A DNA stretch of 63,999 nucleotides, filler included, from Catajapyx aquilonaris (GCA_000934665.2; 3 parts of 3 records of this genome joined end to end with filler, not necessarily neighbours in it), one strand, 5' to 3'. Counted from the first letter of the whole stretch, positions 12,601 through 22,817 are shown. A program made the numbers and translations. Notes: generated from the letters alone by a model not told the origin.

Positions 12601-15600
12601 CATCATCATTATCCGGGTAGTGCTCGACCTCCTGACAAGGTATGTCACGGACCTTTATTATATACCATTAGTATACATCAGGACCTTATTGCAAAGCGCC
12701 CAGGCCCACGGGCAGGGTGACTGTGAGAGGATGTGCAATGTGCAGTGCCATGTCTCATACTGTACATTTTGTGAACTCCCCCGGGTGGTTAGTCTCAAGG
12801 AATCCCACCCGATACGAAGCCAGAGGCTACCCAACTCTGCACGAGAGGAAGGGAGAAATGCCCAGGCTTGGGATCGAACCCAGGACCCTGACATCCATGG
12901 GCGTGTATGTTTCCGCAGCGCTACTCCTTCTCTCTCTCTTCCCCCCNNNNNNNNNNNNNNNNNNNNNNNNNNNNNNNNNNNNNNNNNCTCTCTTCCCCCC
13001 CCCCCCCTCCTCCAAAGAAAAAGTCGCATTCATTGTAAATAAACATTTATTGCACAAATTTAAATACACATAGCTCCCTGCCACATATTACCGAGTAAGT
13101 GGACGTGCAGCTGAAGACCATTTAAAAATTCCCAAATTTCTGTGACTTAACTTTTCATTGGGAGGGAAATCAGAATGATCTGTCAATGGTAGGCAAACTC
13201 CCCCGCCGCCATTTCGGCCGTAAATAGTGGCATCATTCCTAATTGGCCAGGCATACTGCTCCGTTCTCTAAGCGGTGCCCGCTTGCCATCTGAGCCGCCT
13301 TTTCTTGGCCCTGGTGGCTCACATTACCTCCGTTTAAACTAGACATTTGAAAAAATATTAACTGTCACTTAATTTTTTCATAATATTTATCAGAGGGAGT
13401 GGAGTGAGCAATCATATAGAATTATCTTGAATTATTGCGAGGGGTGGAAGCCACCTTTAAAAAACCGCAGAGATGTCACAATAGGATCATGTCACCTTCT
13501 TGTGCGTAGAATATGAGGCTGCACATTAGGGCAGCTCGAAAAACACTTTTTTTCGAAAGTTGTAGTTCGCTAGTGAAAAAATGTTGTGTTGGGCGATCCT
13601 TTTGACAGGTAAAAAATCTGAGTCATGTGGGTTAATATCCTACGGCTCCGCCAGGGGCGTAAGTGACGCAACTTCCGGGTTTTCAGTTTTTGGTGTGCGA
13701 GTACACTTACCCGGCCTAAACATGAAAAGTTGTGGGCCTTTGGGGGTGAAATACCGTTATTTTTGCGATATCTTGCACCGTTGACGAGATATTGACCAAA
13801 ACCCCATGTTCAAAAATTACACGGCTCTGCAAAATAACTCTCTTTCGCTCTTTTGAAAACTTGTATGTGCTTTTTATGGATGTTGGGGTGCTGAATCCGA
13901 ATCCGGCAACAGATTTTCTCTATCACGTACGGTTTTAGAGATATATCGTTTTAAAACCTTTGACGGTTTACTAGGGGTCTTTCCGAATCAAGTGGGCCTA
14001 ATGTTGCTAGACCGCCTCGGATCTTGGTGAAAATAATCCCAGATGTATTCATCTATTCCAAAATGCTGCCTATAAAAATTCAACCATATTGCTCAATACT
14101 ATGATGAGGGGGAAAATCTCAAACATCTGGAAATGGCTGAGAATGAGGCCTTTTTTGGATAATTTTTTTTCGGTTAGTGCAAGTGATCAAACCCCAATGA
14201 ACATATATATCAAAAGAAAGGGAAACACCAGGGCAATACGCCTATGGAATTAGTTTTCCTCTAAAATGTAAATATAAATTTCTATAGCATTTTATTGGTC
14301 ACTTTCTCAGTCACATGCCCAAGAATATATTGTGACCTCAACAATTATAATCGACTGCCCTTGGCCGACTCCCTCTCGTATCTGTTACACTTATACAAAT
14401 GCGTATATCACTGGTTCGGGCTGTCCTGCGGAGAAAACCCTTACGCAGTACTGGAAACACACTGCGACAAATGTAAAAAACAACGATTCTTGATTTAAGT
14501 GTCGTATCTCCCAAAATTGACGTTTTCTCAAAAGCTGTACGTGATAGAGCCACTATGACTTCAGATCTGGATTCAGCACACCTTAATATATATAGTCAGT
14601 CTGATTTTATACAAAATAGGATTTTTATGCAGAACATGTTGAGGTCACAATATATTCTTGGGCACGTGACTGAGCTAGTGACAAATTAAATGCAATAAAA
14701 ATTTATTTGTACATTTTAGAGGAAAACTAATTCCATAGGCGCATTGTCCTGGTGTTTCCTTTTCTTTTAATATACGTATATGTTCATTGGGGTTTGACCA
14801 CTTGCACTAACCGAGGAAAAAAAAAATCTCCAAAAAAGGCCTCATTCTCAGCCATTTCCAGATGTTTGCGATTTTCCCCCTCATTATAGTATTGAGCAAT
14901 ATGGTTGAATTTTTATAGGCAGCATTATGGAATAGATGAGTACATCTGGGATTATTTTCACCAAGATCTGAGGCGGTCTAGCAACATTAGGCCCACTTGA
15001 TTCGGAAAGACCCCTAGTAAACCGTCAAAGGTTTTAAAACGATATATCTCTAAAACCGTACGTGATAGAGAAAATCTGTTGCCGGATTCGGATTCAGCAC
15101 CCCAACATCCATAAAAAGCACATACAAGTTTTCAAAAGAGCGAAAGAGAGTTATTTTGCAGAACCGTGTAATTTTTGAACCTGGGGTTTTGGTCAATATC
15201 TCGTCAACGGTGCAAGATATCGCAAAAATAACGGTATTTCACCCCCAAAGGCCCACAACCTTTCATGTTTAGGCCGGGTAAGTGTACTCGCACACCAAAA
15301 AACGAAAACCCGGAAGTTGCGTCACTTACGCCCCTGGCGGAGCCGTAGGATATTAACCCACATGACTCAGATTTTTTACCTGTCAAAAGGATCGCCCAAC
15401 ACAACTTTTTTTCACTAGCGAACTACTTGCCCAAACCCAGAATAATTCGCTCACCCTGATATTTCCCAGTTGAGAATATGGAAATGACGAAATATAAATT
15501 AATTGCACATAAATAGGGTGTCATGAAGGTCGCCTACGTATAGAGTGGCATCTTGCCCACACGATGGCACAAAAATGCCTCCTCCAGCGCACATATGACC

Positions 15601-17879
15601 AAGGTCACAGAGGTTTAAAAATGTGCGATGGGAGTCAGAAGTGTTCGCTCACAGCGCGCGCTGCGTCAAATGAATTCGCTCAGGTACAGTAATTATGCAT
15701 TTTAATGAACATGGATAACATAAAGGCACTCAATAAGGCGTGACATCCCCTTTAGCTGCAATAACAGCCTCCAGACGTTTGGGCATCTTGTCGTAGAGAG
15801 CTGCACACTGCTCTGGGGTCACACTATCCCATATTTCTTGAAGTCTCTGTACCAGTGACTTGACAGTTCGGGGACGCATGCGCCTCAGATGCTGCTTCAT
15901 TTTCTTCCATATTGTCTCGATATGGTTGAGGTCGGGGCTGCTGGGAGGCCATGGCAGGGTACCAATACCATTGTCGTCCAGCCACTTTTTGGTCGTTTTT
16001 GCGGTGTGGGACGTAGCTCCATCTTGCTGGAACAGGAAGTCGCCCATCGGGCGCAGCTTTGGAAGCGATGGCAAGAGACTGTCCCTCAGGACGGCCTGAT
16101 ACTTGTGTTGGTCGATCTTCCCTCCCACAACTTGAAAGGTTCCAGTGCCACTCCTCCCTATACATCCCCACACCATCACACTTGCTGCATGCTTCACAGT
16201 CCGTTCCAGGAAGTCTGGATGGAAAGCCTCCTTTTTCGTGCGAATGATGCGTCGCCGGGTGTCCGACGGGATCACTTGGAAAGAGGACTCGTCACTGATG
16301 ATTGTGGCCCAATCCTCTTGCTCCACCCCCTCCTCTCCTTCGCCCATAGCAATCGCTTCCTCTTTTGGGCATGGGTGAGCAGCGGTTTTTTTCTTGGCCT
16401 ACAGTAAAATGGTTGCGTTATATATAAGTGGTTAAATAAGTGGTTGCGTTATATGGTTGCACTATATGATGTGACACTATATCTATGCACATGGCACCTT
16501 GTCCTCACCTTGTAGAAATCCATCGCCAGTTCATGTAGCCATCTCCTGCATGTGGATGTCGACCGTGGTTGCCCGGTAACCCTTGCCCATTCCTGATTTA
16601 CGTCTGCCGTGCTTTGTCGGCGGTCTTTCTTGACCAATCGGCGCAATGTTCTCAGCTCCCTGGGTGTCGTTGTCCTAGGACGTCCGGTACGACGTCTTGG
16701 TAGCAAGCTCCCTGTCTGCGCATATCGCCGAAGCTGGTCCGTAACAGTTCTCTGTGGCAGTTGAAAAGACCGTGCGATGTCACGGCCGGACCTTCCCGCG
16801 TTGTGGGCTGTCAGTATGGCTACTCGCAAGTCCTTTTGGAGAGGTCTTCCACGTACCATGGTCAAACCTTCCAGCGCAGAGTTTGAGCATGAAATGATGC
16901 CTGCTATCTCGAAAGGAACTTGCCAGAGCATCGAGTCATTGTACCTGAGCGAATTCATTTGACGCAGCGCGCGCTGTGAGCGAACACTTCTGACTCCCAT
17001 CGTGCATTTTTAAACCTCTGTGACCTTGGTCATATGTGCGCTGGAGGAGGCATTTTTGTGCCATCGTGTGGGCAAGATGCCACTCGATACGTAGGCAACC
17101 TTCATGACACCCTATTTATGTGCAATTAATTTATATTTCGTCATTTCCATATTCTCAACTGGGAAATATCAGGGTGAGCGAATTATTCTGGGTTTGGGCA
17201 ACCAACTTTCGAAAAAAAAGTGTTTTTCGAGCCGCCCTACTGCACATGGCTCTGTCAAGATGCAACTTGTAGGTCTCGGACGCTTCAGCCCCATCTTGTG
17301 CATGAATCGAGAAAGTAACCAATGGTGCCAGATCGAGTGATTTTCACCTAGGGTGCTATTTTATACCCCCACCCAAAGAGTGCAGAGTCATGCGGGAGAC
17401 AACGGGTTAAGTCAGATGACTAAATAGAGTATTTTCAGAATGGGTGGGTGCATATTAAGCAAGAATGTAACTTTTTCTGGAATAATATGATTACAATTGT
17501 TTGCCAACAGGTCCAAACCACAGGTCGTGACCAGTATTGCAGTGACCGTAGTGCTGCCTGGTGGGTCCTGGACCACCACCAATGCACAAACTCAGAAGGC
17601 TGGGGGTGCTTTTTTTATGGCTCCCCAGGTGCAGAAGAAACTCACAGAATGCAGAAGTGGTCTTTCAGTTTAGATGGTCTGAGCATGTCACCTCTGGGAG
17701 GCTTATATGCAGCCAGACCTAGGCAGGGGTGGTCAAACATTCATGTGCCAGACAAGCAAACCTTGGTTACGGATGCAGGGAAACTGTATGTGCTGGATGG
17801 GCTCCTGGCAAGACTCAAGCAGAGTGGGCATCGAGTACTCATATATTCACAGATGACTAGGATGATTGATCTGCTGGAG
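424..17879 (+). CDS. INO80: INO80 chromatin-remodelling ATPase, partial (8 internal exons: 424-660, 3127-3674, 5960-6162, 6234-6374, 9285-9614, 9688-9784, 11633-12143, 17511-17879; about 812 aa; both ends missing)
   Basis: DBINO motif [28 protein letters not shown]2 motifs [46 protein letters not shown]; split-ATPase insertion; [12 protein letters not shown]...[17 protein letters not shown]. All introns are GT-AG and the phases join in frame (0,2,1,1,1,2,0). Confidence 0.95.
1829..2569. mobile_element. pogo/Tigger-type MITE
   Basis: Imperfect TIRs CAGTTGACTCGGATATAACAG and CTGTTGTATCCTGAGTCTACTG; related ends at 10178-10333. Confidence 0.6.
2912..2950. repeat. (TCC)n microsatellite
   Basis: Read directly. 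Confidence 0.9.
3127..3674 (+). CDS. INO80: INO80 exon (SNF2 helicase motifs I-II)
   Basis: ttccag|GCT and AG|gtgagg boundaries; [12 protein letters not shown] and LDEAQ motifs. Confidence 0.95.
4845..5868. mobile_element. pogo/Tigger-type non-autonomous element
   Basis: Perfect 23-bp TIR CAGTAAAACTTCTATAAGTCGAA, TA on both flanks, many subterminal TTCGA(G/C)TTA repeats; spans an N gap. Confidence 0.85.
5960..6374 (+). CDS. INO80: INO80 exons 5960-6162 and 6234-6374 (71-nt intron)
   Basis: [21 protein letters not shown] and [16 protein letters not shown]; canonical splice sites. Confidence 0.93.
6527..8008. mobile_element. Foldback Tc1/mariner-superfamily derivative made of two 5' halves
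   Basis: TA|CAGGGTGTATCAGAGTCACGGGTC ... GACCCGTGACTCTGATACAACCTG|TA; inverted arms of about 0.7 kb each encode a transposase HTH-like remnant ([29 protein letters not shown]). Confidence 0.85.
9285..9784 (+). CDS. INO80: INO80 exons 9285-9614 and 9688-9784 (73-nt intron)
   Basis: [21 protein letters not shown] and [13 protein letters not shown]; canonical splice sites in phase. Confidence 0.9.
9944..10173. mobile_element. Degenerate Tc1/mariner-type MITE
   Basis: TAGGGTGTTCCA ... TGGAACACCCTG ends, with internal inverted similarity. Confidence 0.5.
10178..10333. mobile_element. Short pogo/Tigger-type MITE
   Basis: CAGTAGACTCCGGATATAACAG ... CTGTTATATCCGGAGTCAACT. Confidence 0.6.
10625..10815 (-). 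mobile_element. tRNA-derived SINE, family A
   Basis: B-box-like GGTTCAATCCC on the minus strand; colinear with the copy at 12725-12930. Confidence 0.6.
11012..11445. mobile_element. Tc1/mariner-type MITE with imperfect TIRs of about 110 bp
   Basis: CAGAGTGAAAGGGAAACT ... AGTTTCCCTTCACCCTG; inverted CAGGGATGTGCAATTA / TAATTGCACATCCCT. Confidence 0.7.
11633..12143 (+). CDS. INO80: INO80 exon (ATPase insertion region)
   Basis: ggacag|G and AAG|gtgagt boundaries; the open frame joins both neighbouring exons in phase. Confidence 0.85.
12235..12397. mobile_element. PIF/Harbinger-type MITE
   Basis: TTA|cGGCCCATTCACACAGG ... CCTGTGTGAATGGGCCt|TTA; almost fully palindromic. Confidence 0.85.
12725..12930 (-). 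mobile_element. tRNA-derived SINE, family A
   Basis: B box GGTTCGATCCC on the minus strand; matches the copy at 10625-10815. Confidence 0.65.
15426..17202 (-). mobile_element. Minos-like Tc1 (DD34E) transposon, 1777 bp
   Basis: 263-bp TIRs (15426-15688 and 16940-17202, about 5 mismatches) with internal AATTCGCTCA direct repeats; two-exon transposase inside. Confidence 0.93.
15730..16859 (-). CDS. Minos-like transposase, exons 16859-16509 and 16398-15730 (339 aa, 110-nt intron)
   Basis: MVRGRPL start, paired-like HTH with GRPR, FYK|AKKK splice (gtgagg...ctgtag), catalytic SDES, QQDGA and SPDLNHIE with 34 residues between D and E. Confidence 0.88.
17511..17879 (+). CDS. INO80: INO80 exon (start of HELICc domain)
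   Basis: caacag|GTC and GAG|gttagt boundaries; [13 protein letters not shown]...[11 protein letters not shown]. Confidence 0.93.
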
Positions 17880-18605
17880 GTTAGTATAGTTTTTTCATTC
17901 TTCAAGTATTTTGCACATATTTGATTGCTCATCATAGAAGAAATGGTTGGACTGTTGTGTATTAGTTAGTTTTGATTGATAGTTCGATTGTCTTTGCAAT
18001 AGAGGAGGACAAATGGTATAAATTGATTATGAAAACTTTTGTGGAATAAATGAGGGAAGTGTAATTTCTGGAGGTGACTACTTGAGAAATTAATTACAAT
18101 TTTCTGTTCCATTGCGGCCAATTGAGCTGATTTGCATTTTCACAATGGTGGGGAGAGGGCATCAGTTGTCCTTTAAGAGTGACTGAAAGACTGAAACCCT
18201 GCACGTACAAACACATGTAACCATGATATGGCAGCTACTACTCTCAACCAGCTAACAGTATTTATAAGGACTGCTGAAGTATTAAGACTAATATAAGTGT
18301 AATTCCAAAGATTTTTCTGGCCCTGAATTCCTAATGTCCAAGTTGAGACATTTGTAACAACTAATCTGGAATCTTTGACTTCCGCTGTCAAGGGTGCTTC
18401 ACTTTTTTGTCAGCCTGTCCCCTACACTGCCTACAGTGTGCAACAAGGATAATGCCATTCAACCTGATTGGTAATATTTTTGCTGGCCCTAGGAGTAAGA
18501 GTTCAAGGTTAAATCCAGCTGAATGACAAAATTTTAATAATAGCCTACATAGTGTTCAGTTGGGATGTCCTATGCAGCAGGTGCCATGGGGGGGGGGGGN
18601 GTATA

Positions 18606-19320
18606 CAGGGTCATTGAAAAAGAATGTCCCAATTTTAAAACTCGAAAATTGGAAAACTTGTAGACATATCTAAATGATTTAAGTTTTGAAATGCGAAGAA
18701 AGGTCTAAAGTTTTGGTCTTACCATAGATTGTTTCGATATGAGCTCCATTTGTCGCTCGAAAAATGTAACTCCGGTAATCGGTGTCGTGCCTAACCCACT
18801 CAGACATGTCTAGCATTACTTTTGCAATCTTTTCCCGTATAGGTGCTGGAGATGATGGGTCTTTACACCACACACATTGTTCTTGATGATGCACATAAAA
18901 CGTTGCCTCATCCATGAAATAATCCTGCCGTAAGAAAGTTTCATTTGTTCAGTCCCCCAGTGTGCGAAGTCTTGAATGAGAAGTTTCTCAATGCCTAGCC
19001 CTCCCAGAAGCCCAGATCTTACCCCGATTGACTTTTTTGTGGAGATACATGTATGGTGAAAAGATCTGCCATCTCCAGCACCTATGGAATAGGATCACAA
19101 TGGTGACTCCAGACATGTCTGATTGGGTTAGGCACGACACTGATTACCGGTACCGTATTTATATTTTTTGAGCGACAAATGTAGTTCATATCAAAACAAA
19201 CTTAGGTGAGACCAAAACTTTAGACCTTCCTTAGCATTTCAAAACTTAAACCATTTAGATATCTACAAGTATTCGAGTTATAGGGTTTTAAAATTGGGAC
19301 ATTCTTTTTCGATGACCCTG
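18606..19320. mobile_element. Foldback mariner-superfamily (DDxD) derivative made of two 3' ends
   Basis: TA|CAGGGTCATTGAAAAAGAATGTCCC ... GGGACATTCTTTTTCGATGACCCTG|TA; arms of about 200 bp; internal PPRSPDLTPIDF (plus) and DEATF (minus) remnants. Confidence 0.8.
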
Positions 19321-19430
19321 TACTTCAAATGCTCTAACTTTGAACTGTTATTAATATTTCTGCACCAATCTGGTGAAGGTAGCTCCACATTTCTCATCAC
19401 AGTAATTTTTCTTGTTGTTTTGTGCAGTAA

Positions 19431-19595
19431 GGCCTGTTCCCACCAGAATAATTTTTGTTCTGGACAAAATGCAAGCCAGAACAATTTTTTGTTGCTAGGC
19501 GATTAATAATAAATTAACAAAGTAATAATAATAAAGTTTGTTTGATTTTGTGCTCCATTTTTGTGCTTGAAAATTATGCCGGTGAAAACAGGCCC
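19431..19595. mobile_element. Degenerate Harbinger-type MITE
   Basis: TAA|GGCCTGTTCCCACC ... GGTGAAAACAGGCCC|TTA. Confidence 0.5.
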
Positions 19596-20017
19596 TTAAA
19601 GTGATTTGAGAGTAACTCAGATCTGTATAGGAAGAAATTGTTCACCCTTCTTAGAAACATTGGCTCCCTTACACGAGTGGGGGCATTTGTGGGACTAGGG
19701 TAGTTGAACTGATTCATGTGAACTAGGGCTCCTGTGTGTAAAGTTTAAAAATCAAATACAGTAGAACCGTGATTATTATTCGACCTCCGTATATCCATCT
19801 CCTTGGCATATCCGAACGAACTGCTGCAACTTCCTACTTCAAAACCCATGGAAATTTTGTGGCTAAAGAAAGTGGAGCAATTAAGCAGCCAAGGCTAGGA
19901 TGTCACCTTTAAAACAGAAAAATATAACACTTTTTTCACCAGCAATAAATTATGTTTTCTCATCAAATATGTACTGTACTACATACGTATTTTGTTTAGT
20001 GTTGCCTTTGTTAAATT

Positions 20018-20591
20018 GAGGCGTGGATGGGAAGAACTCGCTTTGTCCAAAAATGCCCTTTTTTAGTTTGTGCACTAGCTGGATACTAGTGGCACCTGCC
20101 GAGTGGGCTGCAAAGGTTTGGTAAGGAAAAACACAGTTTGTCCACCTCAAAAGGCTGGTTAAAGTGTAGGCGATTCTGGAAGAACTCAAAATGTCCACCC
20201 GTTTTCCCTTGAAAATCTCGATTTGTCCATATGTCCCGTAAAAACACTACTTGTCCATCCGTACTTGGGAAGTATCAACTCATAGTGTTGTGCAGTTTAC
20301 ACAGTGTTTCTTTGACATCAGTAAGTAGTAGGCATAGTATACTGGACAAAAGGTGTTTTTTTGTAATATATGTTGGCAGGAGGCTAGAATAAAAGCTACT
20401 GTTACATGTCAATTTACAGTAAGTTTTGTATTTAATATATTCTTGTTCATACCAGTGCACTCACATACACTTCAGGGTGGTTGAAAAACAATGTCATCAT
20501 GATCTGACCTGAAAGGGAGATCTTAAACAGTTTCCTTGATTATCTCAAAACTGATGTTTTGGACAAAGCGGGTTCTTCCCATCCACGCCTC
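20018..20591. mobile_element. Sola-like non-autonomous element
   Basis: AATT|GAGGCGTGGATGGGAAGAAC ... GTTCTTCCCATCCACGCCTC|AATT; TIR of about 35 bp, GAG/CTC ends, 4-bp TSD. Confidence 0.75.
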
Positions 20592-21340
20592 AATTGTAAT
20601 ACTCAGAGAGTACAGTAGATTCTCTATGTAGAAGATAAACACTTCACTATCGATTGAGCACCAGTTGTAACGTGCCCGCCTGGCTTAGGGAGCACGCCAC
20701 GTGGAGCTAGGCCTAGTTGCCCTCACTAGCCCAGTCCTTGTCCCCTTTGGCCCCAGTCACCCCAAAGGAAATGCACAGCAGTTTCTAGATCAGACTGGCT
20801 TTATTACAAGTAGCACACAAGTACAACTCACAACACGACGGGGCCCAATGTCCCCCCAGGTCACCAGTCACCACAAGCAGGAAGCCAGGAACACACATCC
20901 ACACTCCAGTCAGCCCCATCTCAGTCTCCTTCACCCTTCTCCCCAGCATTGCCAACCTGACGCCTAGAAGCTATCGTACCACTAGAGTCAAAATTACCGT
21001 ATTTCGCCTGATGTTACCGCACATTTAAAAACATGGCATTTTGTTAATGAAACACTAGGGGAAAATATTAGATGCCAGTGAATATGTCCTCCAGAGTGTG
21101 TTCCTTACACGTCCCCTGAAATGTTTCTGCAACTAACTTGACTGTAGTCACGCTCCCGTGGGAAGGCACACACAATTCAAAATGAGGGTCTGTTAGGTCG
21201 GTCAATGGGCCTAGTTCCATGTGGCATCCCCCCAATGCTTCATTAATCAGTATGCAGTGGTGTACAGTGTTGGTCATATATCGAGGCAACCGCCAGCGAC
21301 ATTTTCCGAAGCGGCAGAAGAAGGAATCTTGCTCGGCCAT

Positions 21341-21440
21341 NNNNNNNNNNNNNNNNNNNNNNNNNNNNNNNNNNNNNNNNNNNNTTAATTAATTAANNNN
21401 NNNNNNNNNNNNNNNNNNNNNNNNNNNNNNNNNNNNNNNN
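21341..21440. other. Artificial contig-joining spacer (N44-TTAATTAATTAA-N44)
   Basis: 100 nt with stop codons in all six frames; identical to 43514-43613. Confidence 0.92.
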
Positions 21441-21614
21441 CAGAGTGGACAAGGCTTGGCACCCAGACACCATCTCACAGGTTTTTTTATTTTCGGCGGA
21501 AGACTTGGCGCTTTTTTACGAGTGCGTTTTTGAGTGGGATTATTATTACTACATCACACTATGTTGTATCAATGAGTGTGTAATATTCACCAGATGGAAT
21601 AGTAGGCCTACTAC

Positions 21615-22174
21615 TTGTAGTTGTGGAATCCACTTTCTCGGCAGTATATGGGTCGTCTTTCTCAAAGCAGTGCACGTGGCTTTCCTCAACAATCTGAACA
21701 AAAAAAACAGCAATTTTCACTTGAATAGCATCCAATCACCAATAAGCAAGAAAAAATTATCAATTTTCAGCGCGGCTACGATGTCCTTCCGAACATATCC
21801 GACTAGTCCGGCGACCTTGACCTCCAGGTCACTCAGCCTCCTCGCCACTTCCTCGCTGTTCCGTTTGCTCGAGTATGCTCGAGTATTTGCTGCAAGATTC
21901 ATAAACATGAGGACGATCTGACTTTGGATCTGACATTCACCTGTATTATAATACTCACAGGCGTGGATGACCTGGTCGTGCACCTGCCTGGATGACCATG
22001 CTGGAGTGACCTGACCTCTGACTGGACGATACCCGAGACGTCTTCTTCCGACAGTTGGTAATGGCATTTTTGTGACACCCCTTCGTAATCGGACAGAATC
22101 GGATTGTTCGTAGTCACGGTTCCAAATAGAGGAGGAAGCACAAAGAGAAGGACAAGTGCATATGACGTGTTCAT
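21615..22174 (-). CDS. Candidate secreted coiled-coil protein, 5' part, frame disturbed
   Basis: Signal-peptide-like MNTSYALVLLFVLPPLFGT; donor gtgagt at 21958; heptad-like EEVARRLSDLEVKVAGLV; a further exon-like stretch IVEESHVHCFEKDD. One frameshift is needed to join the pieces. Confidence 0.4.
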
Positions 22175-22178
22175 CTTA

Positions 22179-22817
22179 GGGAACCTCTCGAAGTGTCACT
22201 CGAAGTTCAATGTCAAATATTTTTGCGAGTTCCTTATCAGCTAGAAGGAAAACACCCTTCCGGAGAAATCCTAGATCTCAAGCGTTTCCGAGACAGAGGT
22301 CAAAAGGTCATGAAGGCCCTGAGGAAGCTATCATCATTATCGTTATCGGTGAGATTTTTGGGATTAAGACTCTATATAGAGGTTTCTTGGGTGGGGAATG
22401 CAGTGGCAAAACCAAAAATCGTGACTTGTGCGAATTAAGGGTACTTCTCAGGGAAGGGGATTGGGGACAAGAATTATAGTAATTATAGTAGGCTATATTA
22501 CAGTAATTCTTGTCCCCCATCCCCTTCCCTGAGAAGTATACCCTTAATTCGCATAATTCACGATATTTGGTTTTGCCAAGCTGTATTCCCCACCCAAGAA
22601 ACCTCTAGAGTCTAGATCCCAAAAATCTTGCCGATAGCGGTAATGATAGCTTCCTCAGGGCCTTTACAAAGTGGTCCATTCTTGACCGTTTGACCTCTGC
22701 ATCTCGAAAACGCTTGAGATCGAGCATTTCTCCGGAAGGGTGTTTCCCTTCTAGCTGACAAGGAACCCGAAAAAAGTATTTGACATTGAACTTCGAGTGA
22801 CACTTCGAGAGGTTTCC
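22179..22817. mobile_element. PIF/Harbinger-type foldback MITE
   Basis: TTA|GGGAACCTCTCGAAGTGTCAC ... GTGACACTTCGAGAGGTTTCC|TTA; inverted arms of about 300 bp. Confidence 0.85.

Larger units (their letters stand above)
13527..17239. mobile_element. hAT-type long foldback element (about 1.94 kb without the nested Tc1)
   Basis: 8-bp TSD CTGCACAT at 13519-13526 and 17240-17247; TAGGGC...GCCCTA ends; inverted arms of about 0.8 kb (13527-~14340 versus ~14640-15425 plus 17203-17239). Confidence 0.9.
12202..17406. mobile_element. piggyBac-like non-autonomous shell carrying nested insertions
   Basis: TTAA|CCCTTTGTTTCCCGTG ... TGCGGGAGACAACGGG|TTAA: 13/16 TIR match, TTAA duplication, CCC/GGG ends. 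Confidence 0.65.

Noticed and set aside
13441..13460. Kolobok-like terminus GTGGAAGCCACCT|TTAA as a further nested layer
   Set aside because: I could not find a matching opposite end.
13581..15404. Two near-identical 66-67 aa ORFs on opposite strands
   Set aside because: They are mirror images from the hAT foldback arms and show no protein features.
15889..16407. 172-aa plus-strand ORF
   Set aside because: Antisense shadow of the transposase.
21385..21396. TTAATTAATTAA as a biological motif
   Set aside because: It is embedded in Ns and identical at both gaps, so it is an assembly spacer.
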